A DNA stretch of 63,517 bases, filler included, from Octopus bimaculoides (Eukaryota), in assembly GCF_001194135.2 (NCBI RefSeq). It is 6 parts of 6 records of this genome, joined end to end, with 100 filler letters (N's around TTAATTAATTAA, not from the genome) between each part and the next. Parts side by side here need not be neighbours in the genome. Positions count along the whole stretch, not along the records: positions 9,282 to 29,129 come from NC_068999.1; positions 29,230 to 40,422 come from NC_068986.1; 4 more parts are not named here. The stretch is one strand, 5' to 3'. Shown piece after piece: positions 24,520 through 36,855 of the stretch. A model generated the notes under the pieces. It saw only the letters and a program-made list of their open reading frames with translations, had not been told where the DNA came from and made no database searches. Each line of letters opens with the position of its first letter. Position 1 is the first letter of the stretch. The position numbers and the translations under genes were made by a program.

Positions 24520-24725
24520 ACAGCCAACGAGTTTCCGCAGTTTCCGTTTACCAAACTTTATTCGCAATAACCTTGGGTCTTGCACCATATACCTTGGATC
24601 AACCAAGGTTTTGCTTGATCCCAGGTTACGGTGTAAGACATTTACCTAAAGTGCTGCGCAGTGAAATCGAACTGAGAAATACGTCATTGCGAAGCGTATT
24701 TCTTAACCAGACAGCCATGCCTGGA
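24520..24725 (-). mobile_element. SINE family A head, old copy
   Basis: Degenerate match to the family A head. Confidence 0.5.
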
Positions 24726-25268
24726 CGTGTCGGTTTTTCTCTATATTTAGACAATCCGTCTACAGAAAATACCGAATCGTTTTATCATAAATATGAGTGC
24801 TTGTTTGAACAAGTATTACTGTGAGTAAACGATGTTATTTAACCTGACTTGGAAGTAGGTTTTGATTAGCGGAGATCTATGAATGGCCTGCTTTAAGATG
24901 TATATTTTATAGTTTGAAATGCTCAAAATTCTGTGAATTCCAAAAATTGCTTCGAAGAATATTGGCATCAAATTATTCACTCTCACGTTCTCTATCTCTC
25001 CCTCCCTCCCTCTCTCTCTCCCCCGTCTCTCCCTCCTCTCTCCCACCCATCTCTCCCTCCCCCTCTCTCTCCCTGTCTCTTCCTCCTCTCTCTCTTCGTC
25101 TTTCCCTCGTCTCTCTCCTTGTCTCTCTTTCTCCCTCTCTCTGCTCATACACAAACATACGTGTATACACACACATATATATATATTCATACATACATAC
25201 ATACATGCTTATACACACACACATATATATATACACACAAACACACTCACACATTCTCATGCGCGTAG

Positions 25269-25310
<42 letters not shown>

Positions 25311-25647
25311 TAGTGTACTGTTGTCGAGTTTAAAGGAAAATGAATTATAAAGACGACGACGGCGGGGCCCGAATTCAGCTGTCATCACCATCCCGCAGAA
25401 CAATGCAGCCACTGATAAAATTCATCTGGGAATTCTTCAAGATTAACGAAAGAACATAAACACGAGTTGGTTGACACCGTTTAGAAATAAATCAAGATAT
25501 TGTGAACTTTACTTTGGCACGTATGCTGAACGCAGTGCGTAACTAAGGAGGTTTAACAAAACCGAAGAATGACAGGAGTTGCTGCCCGTCATTGTCTTGA
25601 TCGAATTAAATTAATATTAGTCTTTGAATAAATGCTTTGTTGTTTAT

Positions 25648-25830
25648 TGACAACCGATGCTGGTGTGTTTACGTCCCCGTAACGTAGCGGTTCGGCAACG
25701 GAGAACCGATGGAATAAGTACTAGGCTTACAAAGAATAAGTCGTTGGGGTCGATTTGCTCGACTAAAGGCAGTGCTCCAGCATGGCCGCAGTCAAGTGAC
25801 TGAAATAAATAAAAGTAAAATATAAAAGAA
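25648..25830 (+). mobile_element. SINE family A 3' tail
   Basis: TTGACAACCGATGCTGGTGTGTTTACGTCCCCG...GACTGAAAT. Confidence 0.8.
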
Positions 25831-27547
25831 TATCTGAATATTCAGACCTCACACCGTTATTTTCTTTTTTTAAAGCTTTATTCATACAACGTTTTCTGTG
25901 GTGAAGTCACGATAGGTAATAGTTCGGATGGCGGGGTAGGAATGGAATAAAATCCTTGCCCAGTTTGAAATTTGTGACCTGTCTGTGAAGCAGACGTATC
26001 TACTATTATATATGTTATGCACCTCGGGGCTTGTCGAATGGAATTTTAACGTATAAGTTATATTAATCCTTGTTGTCACACATTGAAATACCTGAGACTT
26101 CACCGATTTACTTTCAGATAAAAGCATTGTTATGCAATAAGTTTAATTGTTTCTTTTCGTGAAAGAGACAAAGGTTAAGGCTTCAACATAGTCGGACGAT
26201 CTGTTAGAAATAGAAGCTAAATTACACCTAAAGCTCTTTTTAAAAACGGAAAAGGATGCAATAGATTATGTAGACAAGGGCCATCTTAGCAGCATTATAT
26301 GCCCCTTCACCGCCCCGGCTAAATCAATGAACCGAGTCTTATAATATTTATTTATTGACAACGAACCAAAACATACATCGGTCAGAATTGGGCTTCTAGA
26401 CACCCGACACCCCCGGGGGCAACGTATGTGTCCATATTTATAACAGCACTGATGTAATCCTAGATACACATGTCTAGTGTCAAGGCATGATAATCACGGC
26501 TGGAAGGTCTTGAGCTGCTTTAATCTCTGAGTTCTTAAGGTTTAAAGGGTGATGGTTAAAACAAGATACTTTCCTTCGCAATGTTACCGCCAAGAAGGTG
26601 ACCAGTCAGAGTTTACTCTCGATTAAAAAGTGAAAGAGAAGAACATACATACATACATACATACATACATACATACCAGAGGCGACTCCAGGTCATCAAC
26701 GTCACTCGGGCTCATCAGTGATTTCGCATAACACACATGTATAAAAGAAAGTAAGAGACGTGATGCACACCGCAGACTTACATATGCACGGATAATCTAA
26801 CAGTAAGCAAGTTTGCTGCTTTTAACGAAAGATTGCCTCACGTTTTTCCGCAATATTTCTAGCCCCAAATGGCTTATTTTTTTATAACTAGCACAATGTC
26901 TTTCTCCGTTTCTAAGTTAAGGGTAAAGATAAGGCAAGCATGCAAAACACAACTNNNNNNNNNNNNNNNNNNNNNNNNNNNNNNNNNNNNNNNNNNNNNN
27001 NNNNNNNNNNNNNNNNNNNNNNNNNNNNNNNNNNNNNNNNNNNNNNNNNNNNNNNNNNNNNNNNNNNNNNNNNNNNNNNNNNNNNNNNNNNNNNNNNNNN
27101 NNNNNNNNNNNNNNNNNNNNNNNNNNNNNNNNNNNNNNNNNNNNNNNNNNNNNNNNNNNNNNNNNNNNNNNNNNNNNNNNNNNNNNNNNNNNNNNNNNNN
27201 NNNNNNNNNNNNNNNNNNNNNNNNNNNNNNNNNNNNNNNNNNNNNNNNNNNNNNNNNNNNNNNNNNNNNNNNNNNNNNNNNNNNNNNNNNNNNNNNNNNN
27301 NNNNNNNNNNNNNNNNNNNNNNNNNNNNNNNNNNNNNNNNNNNNNNNNNNNNNNNNNNNNNNNNNNNNNNNNNNNNNNNNNNNNNNNNNNNNNNNNNNNN
27401 NNNNNNNNNNNNNNNNNNNNNNNNNNNNNNNNNNNNNNNNNNNNNNNNNNNNNNNNNNNNNNNNNNNNNNNNNNNNNNNNNNNNNNNNNNNNNNNNNNNN
27501 NNNNNNNNNNNNNNNNNNNNNNNNNNNNNNNNNNNNNNNNNNNNNNN

Positions 27548-27587
<40 letters not shown>

Positions 27588-27964
27588 CTTGCTTGTCCTT
27601 ACATTTACTCCTCTACCTGTTCAAGTTCAAATCTCTTGAGCACAACCAAGTGTATTCTCTACAGAAAATGTGTGAAAAACAAAATAGGAATTTTGAAAGA
27701 TGTTTCTACAGACATCGAATGGCTATGGGGATCCACCAGAATAAAATAGTAATTAAAGGGGTTCCATAGATTTTTTTTAATGGTTGAGAAACCCTGGTCA
27801 ATGATGACGAGCTTTGTAATCGAAACCGGACTCTCCTGGCTGCGAAATAGATCTCTTATTTGAAACATCTGTTGTCATTTGAAACAAATAACACACACCC
27901 AATTTCCCTTCTTCTTCTCCCTCTCCCTTCTCTCTGCCTCTCCTCTCCCCTCTCTTTCCTTCCC

Positions 27965-27995
<31 letters not shown>

Positions 27996-29229
27996 TTATA
28001 TATATAAACTGTCATTGAAATTACAAGGCGTTGGTTTCCTTCAATGGTTTCCGAACGATTAAAGTCTCTTGTTGATGCTTCAAGTGATTAACCGACAATC
28101 ACTCATTACAAATTAGTCGTCACTCAAACTTCAACTCTCATAATGAACTCATTAAGAGTCTCTTTAAGTGGTGCGTGGTTTTTAGATAGGATGGTGAGAA
28201 CCTCTGGATAACATTCCCGCCCTGTTGTTGACACGCTTGTACGTATGTAGGACTATCGCCTATTGTGATAAAATGCTCAGTATAATGACTACAGTAGTTG
28301 TGGTGGTGATGGTGGTAGTTGTGGTGGTGATGGTGGTAGTTGTGGTGGTGATGGTGGTAGTCGTGTGGCAAAGAGCTGCTTTTCTTTAAATGTGTGTATT
28401 AAATATGACAGTGTTTCATGTCTAACGAAGTTCAGCCTGTATGTTTTGCAACTTTGTATTTCAAATCCGAGTCCTATATACTACAGGAACATAAAAACAA
28501 AATAGATTTCACAAGTTGAATGTTCTACAAACAAGTTTATGTTAAAAAAAATTTTTTTTTAAATTAGTGACTTGGAAATATATGCGAATCACTTTTATTT
28601 ATTTATCCAATAATATAATTATGACATATTTATCCAATAATATAATTATGACAAACTGTGTCACATAACACTTTAAACAGAGTTGCTCAACCATTTGTTA
28701 TTATTTATTTATTTATTTATTTATCCCATTTAAATTTCCAGAAGAAAAGAAAAAAAACGTGCGTCCCGTCTTAAGCGGACAAAATTTAGTGATTTAATCC
28801 AAGGTGGAGTCGAATACCGATATTTCATGTAGCAGGCTTTGACAATTGTTAAGGGGTTTCTCCCTTAACATGAAACTAGTGGTAGCCTTAACCTATAAAT
28901 AGAGAATTTTTATCCACCAATGCGGTGTACAGGTAATGTTGATTTGATGGAGCGAGTGAGCTTATGCGAACTCTAACATTTGATCACCATAAACAAATCA
29001 TTTATGTATGTATGTATTATGTATGCATGTACGTATGTATGTATATATATGTGCATGTATGTACGTATATATATATATATATATATATACATGTTACGCA
29101 TGTATGTATGTATGTATATATATATATTTNNNNNNNNNNNNNNNNNNNNNNNNNNNNNNNNNNNNNNNNNNNNTTAATTAATTAANNNNNNNNNNNNNNN
29201 NNNNNNNNNNNNNNNNNNNNNNNNNNNNN

Positions 29230-29275
<46 letters not shown>

Positions 29276-29283
29276 CATTATTA

Positions 29284-29346
<63 letters not shown>

Positions 29347-29347
<1 letters not shown>

Positions 29348-29890
29348 GGCGTGTGATGGACAAAATGCTTAGCTGTAATTCGCCCGTCGCTACGTTCTGA
29401 GTTGAAATTCCGTCGAGGTCGACTTTACCTTTCATCCTTTCGGGGGGTCGATAAATTAAGTACCAGTTGAGTACAGGGGTTAATGCAATCGACTATCCCC
29501 TCACCCAAATTTCAGGTCTTGTACCTATAATAGAAAGGAGCGGCGAGCTGGCTGAATCGTTAACACCCCAGACAAAATGCCTCGCTGAGCTTGACTTTGT
29601 CTTTCATCGTTTCGGACTCGATAAAATTCATACCAGTGGAGTACTGGGGTCGATGCAATCAACTAATCATTCCACTAGATTTGAGACTTTGTGCCTATAG
29701 TATAAAAGATTATTATGGCGGTGAGCGGCATTTCGTCCGCTTTTACATTCAGAGTTCAAATTCTGCCGAGGTCAACTTTGCCTCTCATCCTTTCGGGGTC
29801 GATAAAATAAATACCAGTTCATCATTGGGGTTGATGTAATCGACTTAAACCCCAGCCCCCGAAATTGCTGGTCTTGTGCCAAAATTTGAA
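29347..29890 (+). mobile_element. Tandem/nested SINE family B copies
   Basis: Copies at ~29347-29540, ~29540-29700 and ~29716-29890 share GAGGTCGACTTTGCCTTTCATCCTTTCGGGGTCGATAAA. Confidence 0.75.
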
Positions 29891-29904
29891 ACCATTATTA
29901 TTAT

Positions 29905-30410
29905 TGTTGAGTGAGAAAGTAATGCATGCCATCAAATTGACATCGGAGTATAAATATACTAAGCCCAATATATCAACCATGACTACCCGTTAGATAAGGG
30001 TACATCAGGCACATACATAACAACCATATGCCCGCGACATGATTACCTTGTATCAAGATGGACAGCGCATGACCTTCCAGGTAGAGCTCAGTTAAAATTT
30101 CGTAATCAAGTAGCCCATGTCACCAAAAAGGTCCCTGAATAAAGTTTGTTTAAGGATATTGAACGAAACACCCATATTTTCAGAGGTGAATTATTCAAAG
30201 AATTCCTTTCAACACACGGCTGTGATGCTCCTCCACTACTCTTGCTCGCGATCAGAGATGTACATGTTGTCAGCCACTAAGGGACATACAACCGACAAGC
30301 AAATCTGTGGTATTGAGCAGAATATTTGCTGTAGCACATCTTTTATACCAAGACAAAACAGGTACATGATGACACTTCCAGTTAGTCAAGATGAGAAGCA
30401 ATGAGAGTCA
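29905..30410 (+). repeat. Interspersed repeat family E (~500 bp)
   Basis: Aligns along its length with 33105-33580. Confidence 0.8.
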
Positions 30411-30824
30411 TTGTAATTATTAGTATTATCATTATCATCTTTTTTCAATTATGTTCCCATTTCCCTGTTTCCATGGCAGGGAAACTCACGGTATACATTG
30501 GTAGGCCATTAATATAAACACACCAGAGTGATCATTTACAAAGTCATGTGATAGAAAAAAAAGAAGAAAGACAGAGAACAAAAGAAAAAAAGAAAAAATG
30601 AAAAATTCAAAGAAAATAAAGGAGAAAAAAAGAAAGAAAATTCAGAGCGACAATGCTCTTCTCAGTACCTGTGCGCTGTGCCCAATAAGGCTGCTTTTTG
30701 CAAGGCATCAATCTTGCATGGGATTTCCAGTTACCTTAAGAACAGTTCTATATTTAAGAGATGAGGTATTATGTACTTTATTCACATTATTTACATTTGA
30801 CGGTTATTTATCCTCATCTTTGTT

Positions 30825-30872
30825 GTTAGCACACAGTTTCGGCTGATATACCCTCCAGCCTTCATCAGGTCT
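30825..30872 (-). ncRNA. Degenerate type I hammerhead ribozyme motif
   Basis: Minus: CTGATGA A GGCTG gagggtatat CAGCC GAAAC; the GTT cleavage triplet of the sister copy is altered. Confidence 0.55.
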
Positions 30873-30921
30873 ATTGGGGGAAATTTCGAACAAGGGTTCT
30901 CATTCCTAAGGTATTTTTCGA

Positions 30922-30997
<76 letters not shown>

Positions 30998-31388
30998 NNN
31001 NNNNNNNNNNNNNNNNNNNNNNNNNNNNNNNNNNNNNNNNNNNNNNNNNNNNNNNNNNNNNNNNNNNNNNNNNNNNNNNNNNNNNNNNNNNNNNNNNNNN
31101 NNNNNNNNNNNNNNNNNNNNNNNNNNNNNNNNNNNNNNNNNNNNNNNNNNNNNNNNNNNNNNNNNNNNNNNNNNNNNNNNNNNNNNNNNNNNNNNNNNNN
31201 NNNNNNNNNNNNNNNNNNNNNNNNNNNNNNNNNNNNNNNNNNNNNNNNNNNNNNNNNNNNNNNNNNNNNNNNNNNNNNNNNNNNNNNNNNNNNNNNNNNN
31301 NNNNNNNNNNNNNNNNNNNNNNNNNNNNNNNNNNNNNNNNNNNNNNNNNNNNNNNNNNNNNNNNNNNNNNNNNNNNNNNNNNNNNNNN

Positions 31389-31534
31389 ACTGGGTACTGC
31401 ACACATTCTACGCAAAACACTTTCAATACAGTAAACATAAGAGCACCCCAGCAAACCACCTCACATACCCAAGGCGCACAGAGCTGCGCTCGGTAGTGAA
31501 GTGAAAGCACGTTATAAAAATAAAACTACTGAAC
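31389..31534 (+). mobile_element. Dong/R4 3' end inserted in (AAT)n
   Basis: LGTAHILRKTLSIQ* + UTR + (AAT)n; same subfamily as 37969-38193. Confidence 0.8.
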
Positions 31535-31615
31535 AATAATAATAATAATGATAATAATAATAATAACATCGAAAAATACTTTAGGAATGAGAACCCAGGT
31601 TCGAAATTTCCCCAC

Positions 31616-31660
31616 GACACCTGATGAAGGCTGGAGGGTATATCAGCCGAAACGTTGAGG
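31616..31660 (+). ncRNA. Type I hammerhead ribozyme core (Penelope-type minimal HHR), stem I damaged
   Basis: GACAC CTGATGA(31621-27) A GGCTG-loop-CAGCC GAAAC(31649-53) GTT; palindromic AACGTT stem III; a deletion after GTT removes the stem I partner. Confidence 0.65.
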
Positions 31661-32211
31661 ACAAATATCCGTCAAATGTAAATAATACAAATAATTGCCT
31701 TAAGAAGTCTTGAAGTTTCAATGGGATTAAGCCCAACGTTCCGATCATAGCTGGTATCACTTTTACATTACCCTCTCGCATTCCGTACAATCTTGCAATT
31801 TCCACTTTCAATTCGGAATAATTGCTGATTTTTTCAACCTTTTTACTCACAACATTCATGTCATTTGGTATGGCTACATCAATGATCTGACAGTATTTGT
31901 GTCTCTTATTCAATATGACAATATCCGGCCGACAGTGTTCGATTACACGATCCGCCTGAAAATCCCAGAGTATCGTTTACTTTTCCATCCTCCTGCATAA
32001 CTTTACTTAGTACATGCTCATATCAGTTCTCTGTTACTTCATATTGGTATTTACGGCGTAAGAGCCAATGAAGATACACACTCTTTATCGTGGCGGCGCT
32101 TGTTTTGTTTTTGTGCAAAGCTCACACATCCACTTACCAAGTGGGTCATATTTTCCACACTCTTCTCACAGTCAGTTATCCTCCTCCACCTCCTCCTCCT
32201 CCTCCTCCTCC

Positions 32212-32250
<39 letters not shown>

Positions 32251-32251
<1 letters not shown>

Positions 32252-33035
32252 TTAAGACGTCGCACACTATCGAATATCGTGACTGAAGATATTGTGTCTA
32301 CCGGGGGTTTGTATCGTCTGTCAAGGACATCAGACAGACAGTACTTTACGCAATACGCGTGCAGTTCCAAGTAATGCCGATTTTTGCTATGCACCTAGAT
32401 TGTAGGTTATTTCTAAAGTTTCCAGATGTTTCTTCAGGTTGAGTGGTATTGAACCCAATGCTCCGATGGCAACAAGGACAACCTTTGACTCGTGTAGCTA
32501 CCAGATCTTGGCGATCTCAATTCGCAGGTCTCCGTATTTATCAATCTCTTCTCTTCCTTTCATGGTAATATGTTGATCTTCTGGCGCTACCACGTCGATT
32601 ATTACACTCTTGTTTGTCCCTGTTAAAGGTTACTATAGCCAGCCTTCGGCACTCTAATACCTCGTCTGTCTGGAAGTAAAAGTGCCTATAGACATTTGCC
32701 TTCCCATTTTCGTCCATTACATTTCCGGTGTATGTTGGTGCCAAGCAGCTGTTACCTCGTATCCATACTTCCAGCATAGTAGTAGCCAGTGAAAGTTTTG
32801 GGCTACCTTGTGTCTGTGCTTGTACTCTATCTGCGAAAGACTTACACAAGCACTAACAATGTGAGTTATGTTTTCGACCCTCTTCCCACACATTCTACAG
32901 AGGTTCCTTGCGCTTGTGTGGTATATTTATATATCCCTTCTCCCTGAGTTGGTATACAAAGCCTGATCCTGGGCAGCGATGATTAGGATTTCAGTCTTCG
33001 TTTTTAGTTCACCCTTGCTGAGCCATCTCCCTGAT
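32251..33035 (-). mobile_element. Dong/R4 RLE LINE 3' fragment
   Basis: WLSKGELK..LIIAAQDQAL..CRMCGKRVENITHIVSAC (CCHC)..FYFQTDEVLECRR..IGALGSIP..QKSALLGTARVLRKVL; (ATG)n tail. Confidence 0.85.
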
Positions 33036-33104
33036 ACTTCCTGGTTTTTTAATTAATTAATTAATTGTTATTATTATTATTATTATTATTATTGTTATTA
33101 TTAT

Positions 33105-33578
33105 CGAGTGAGAGAGCAGTGCATACCATGAAAGTGACACTGGGGTAAAATATACGAAACCCATTATACCCATCATAACTACCCGTCTGATAAGGGTACA
33201 CCAGGCACATGCATCACAACCATATGTGCGTGACATGGTGATCTCATATCAAGATAAACAGCGCATGACCCCGCAGGTGGGGGCCCAGTTAGAATTTTCC
33301 TCAGATCGAGTAGCCCATCCAGCTCAAAAGGTTCCTGAATAAGGTTTGTTTAAGAATGCTGAGCAAAACACTCATGTTTCCAAAGGTGAATAATTCAAAT
33401 CCCAAAGAATTCCTCTCAACACATGGCCACAATGCTCCCCCCTACTTCTGCTCATGATCAGAGATGCACACATCGTCAGCCACCAAGGGACATGCTCAAT
33501 TGGTCAAGGCCAAACAACCGAAAGCAAATCTGTGGTATTAAGCAGAATATTTGCTGTAGCCCATCTTTTATAGCAAGA

Positions 33579-33580
<2 letters not shown>
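33105..33580 (+). repeat. Interspersed repeat family E
   Basis: Flanked by (TTA)n on both sides; matches 29905-30410. Confidence 0.8.
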
Positions 33581-33627
<47 letters not shown>

Positions 33628-34775
33628 GCTTTGCACAGCTTCTAGTGCTGGAGATGTATTACAGTGTCAGCTGTTCACTACCAGTGAACTAAAGTGACAC
33701 TTCTTATTTTTTGAGCACCTTCCAGAGTATTCGAGCGGTTCCAAGCAGTGCTGTTTTCTGCAAGTGCTCCACCCTTATTGCAGCCCCTATTTGTTCCACG
33801 TACTTGTCGAGATTTTTGCTCACTGTTCCCAGGGATCCGACAGTTATTGGCACTACTGATAACTTTTTCATCGACCACAACTGCTCAACTTCCCAAGCTA
33901 ACCTGTAATATCACTTGACTTTTCTTTCTTCTTTATCACATACCTTGTTGTCACCTGGGCATGCTATATCTATGAGCCAGCAGAGTTTGTTTTCTTTCTC
34001 AATTAAGACTATGTCCGGCTTCCTATTCTCTATCTCATGGTCGCACCGAATCATAAAATCCTAAAGGATCTTTGCATTTCCATTTTCGACGATACCTCCA
34101 GGTTTGTGGTCGTACCAACTTTTTGCCTTGTCAAGTCCATACTTGTTGCAAAGTGTCCAATGGACAAGCCTGGCTATATCGTCGTGATTTCTCTTATATT
34201 CCTTTTGGGCTAGTGGCGTACATTGGTTGGTAATATGCCATACGGTTTCACTGTTTTGTCCACAGATTCTGCACTTATCACTTTCTGCTGTGTTGTCTAT
34301 ACCGCATTTTATGTAGTTTGTCCTTAGTGCCTGCTCTTAGGCAGCACAGATTAGATCATCCGTTTCCGGTTTTAAATCACTTTTTGTCATCCACAGCCAT
34401 CTTTTTTCTCTGTCTGTCTTATCTTCAACAATCATTGACCATGCATTCTTTTCTTTACCCACCTATTTTCAGTTTCATTCGTTTTCAATTTCTTGTATAG
34501 TGCTTTATCTTTGCAATCTTTCATCTTACACAAGCCTGACCTTCTTACTTCTAATAATAGCGGTTCTGTGGCATTCTTACATACCATGCTATGTTGTTTT
34601 CTTCTGCTCTAATGCTGTGTTTGCATCCAATAAGTCCTCTTCCCCCTCTTTTTCTTGGTACATTCAGTCTGTCTGTGTCACTTTTTGGGCGCAGTGACCC
34701 ATATCTAGTTAGCAACTTCCTTGTCTGTCTGTCTAAGCTGTTTAGTTCGTCTACTGTCTATGCGAGTACCTCTAT
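33628..34775 (-). mobile_element. Dong/R4 RLE LINE, RT end through endonuclease, (TAA)n tail
   Basis: LDRQTRKLLTRYGSLRPKSDTDRLNVPRKRGGRGL..EQALRTNYIKC..CRICGQNSETVWHITNQC..RKPDIVLIEKENKLCWLIDIACP..LQKTALLGTARIL, with stops. Confidence 0.9.
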
Positions 34776-34793
34776 TATTATTATTATTACTGT

Positions 34794-34826
<33 letters not shown>

Positions 34827-35645
34827 TATTGATATTTTTTATTACTATTGTTATTATTATATATATATTTTTCATTGTTGCTTTATTATAAACACCATAT
34901 TCCGTTTGCTCCCTGCTATACTGGCGCTTCGATACCATCCTCGCACACACAATACAATTACACCTGCACACTAAACTCCTATACTGCCGCGAACCTACGC
35001 TTCCTTATTCTCAAACTTGCATAACTCTATACATTTATATACACTCCCCCAAAACATCCTTCACACGTCTCCCCTATTCTCACCTCAATACACAGATGCA
35101 CTCATATATACGCACCCAGTCCGACATCCCTTCTAAACTACAGCATAGAACCGCATTCCACCGGTCCTTAACTCTCTTTTTCTGTCTTCCTCTGACCATA
35201 TTATTTCTTTCACTCCTTTATTTTTCTTTTCTATCTTTCTTCAGAGGAAGGACTAAAATTTGAAGAGTCAAGAATCTTTAAGCGTTAAACTACCACAAAT
35301 TTCGTCAAAATTGTCCCTCTCATGTTATTTTCTTCTTTTTATGATAACCACCTTCCAGTGTGCGAGCTTGTGTCTGCATCTGGGTGTGTGATTATGTTTT
35401 TTTTGTTCTGGTTTGTCCATATTTGTGTAATACTTTTAAATACGTTGGTGTCTATAAAGAAATGTAATCTTTGGATAAACAGAGTTCAATAAAATGATAT
35501 ATTCTTTCAGAATTGATAAAAATATTAGGTTAATACCTTAAACGCAATTCCCAACATGGTCGTAGTCCAATCACTGAAATAAGTAAAAGAAAGAAAAATG
35601 CATATATTGTATATATGTATGTATGCGCATATGTATGTAAGTATA

Positions 35646-35703
<58 letters not shown>

Positions 35704-36005
35704 NNNNNNNNNNTGTGTATGTGTGTAGTGTGTGTGTGTGTGTAGAAAAATAATAAAAAGAAAATGTGTGGTGTCGTATTTAAAGGTTTATAGGACATAC
35801 AAGTGTTTCAATAAAATGACGAAATACATAACAACAGTAGAAATGATGCATCTCGCTTCATCAGTGTCCCACCTTAAATAAGTAACATTTTCTTTGATTA
35901 TTCCAAATATACATCGATTATGATTATAGTTTGAATAATATTTAATTATAATTATTTTTATTTGTATTTCGCAATCATGTTTTAATATATTCTTTTCTCT
36001 TACAG

Positions 36006-36476
36006 AATGCTTCGATGGCAATCGGCGCGATACCAATGTCATCTAAGAAAGAAATGATTGTTTCATCATCTTATAGTATTCTAACTTCGAAAACAAGCAT
36101 TTTAATTCATCGTCCAAAGAGTGAGCCACAATTCTTCCAGTTTCTCTCTCCATTTTCCGAGAATCTGTGGTATTCTCTTGTACTGTTTATGTTAGTTGTC
36201 ACTTTGGCGTTGTTTCTTATGTCTCGGTACGATCAAACGCAAGAAAAGACGAATTTCAATTTGAAAGAAAGTTTATGGTATTCCTTAAATGTTTTACTGA
36301 ACAATGGAACTGAATATTCTCCACAGACAACATCAACACGCACCATCATAGCGTTCTACTGGTTTTGTATTCTTATTATAAATGCAGCCTATACAGCGAA
36401 CCTAACAGCTTTCCTGACAAAACAACGGTCCGACCAGAGCATCAAAACTATTAGACAGCTAGTTGATCAGTCACAG
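36006..36476 (+). CDS. Internal exon of a divergent ionotropic glutamate receptor (iGluR/IR-like): end S1, M1, M2 pore loop, M3, start S2
   Basis: Acceptor TTCTTTTCTCTTACAG, donor CAG|GTAATG, 471 nt phase 0-0; FQFLSPFSENLW (pre-M1), SLWYSLNVLLNNGTEYSP (M2), YWFCILIINAAYTANLTAFLT (SYTANLAAF motif), IKTIRQLVDQ (S2 start). Confidence 0.93.
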
Positions 36477-36772
36477 GTAATGTTTAAATGAACATTGACA
36501 CCCTAAAAATATAGTTAATTATAGTTACAAAATGACAAAAACCATTTNNNNNNNNNNNNNNNNNNNNNNNNNNNNNNNNNNNNNNNNNNNNNNNNNNNNN
36601 NNNNNNNNNNNNNNNNNNNNNNNNNNNNNNNNNNNNNNNNNNNNNNNNNNNNNNNNNNNNNNNNNNNNNNNNNNNNNNNNNNNNNNNNATATATAAATAT
36701 ATATAAACAATATTATATATTTATTCTATTCATATATATGGATATATTATACATGTGTATACATATCTATCC

Positions 36773-36855
<83 letters not shown>

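Larger units (their letters stand above)
30743..31694. mobile_element. Inverted-arm insertion carrying hammerhead motifs (Penelope pLTR-like), 12-bp TSD
   Basis: Arms 30743-30921 and 31569-31694 are reverse complements; TSD TT(A/G)CCTTAAGAA at 30731-42 and 31695-706; centre is (TAT)n/gap/Dong 3' end/(AAT)n. Confidence 0.8.
30655..32180 (-). mobile_element. Dong/R4-clade RLE LINE fragment interrupted by an insertion
   Basis: 31695-32180: ENMTHLVSGC..KRRHDK..ILWDFQ..RPDIVILNKRHKYCQIIDVAIP..LQDFLRQ; the frame resumes at 30742-30655 with FLR*LEIPCKIDALQKAALLGTAH. Confidence 0.85.

Noticed and set aside
24816-25333. Glu/Arg-rich and Ser/Leu/Pro-rich ORFs (also 57836-58356, 60911-61261)
   Set aside because: Translations of (CT)n/(GA)n low-complexity tracts.
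25882-26127. 81-aa minus-strand ORF and nearby splice-like signals, examined as possible iGluR S1 or other exons
   Set aside because: No S1 motifs and no consistent acceptor-donor-frame combination.
35205-35250. CTTCCTCTGA...TCAGAGGAAG inverted repeat resembling a hammerhead stem I
   Set aside because: The catalytic core (CTGANGA, GAAA, NUH) is absent; at most an eroded relic.
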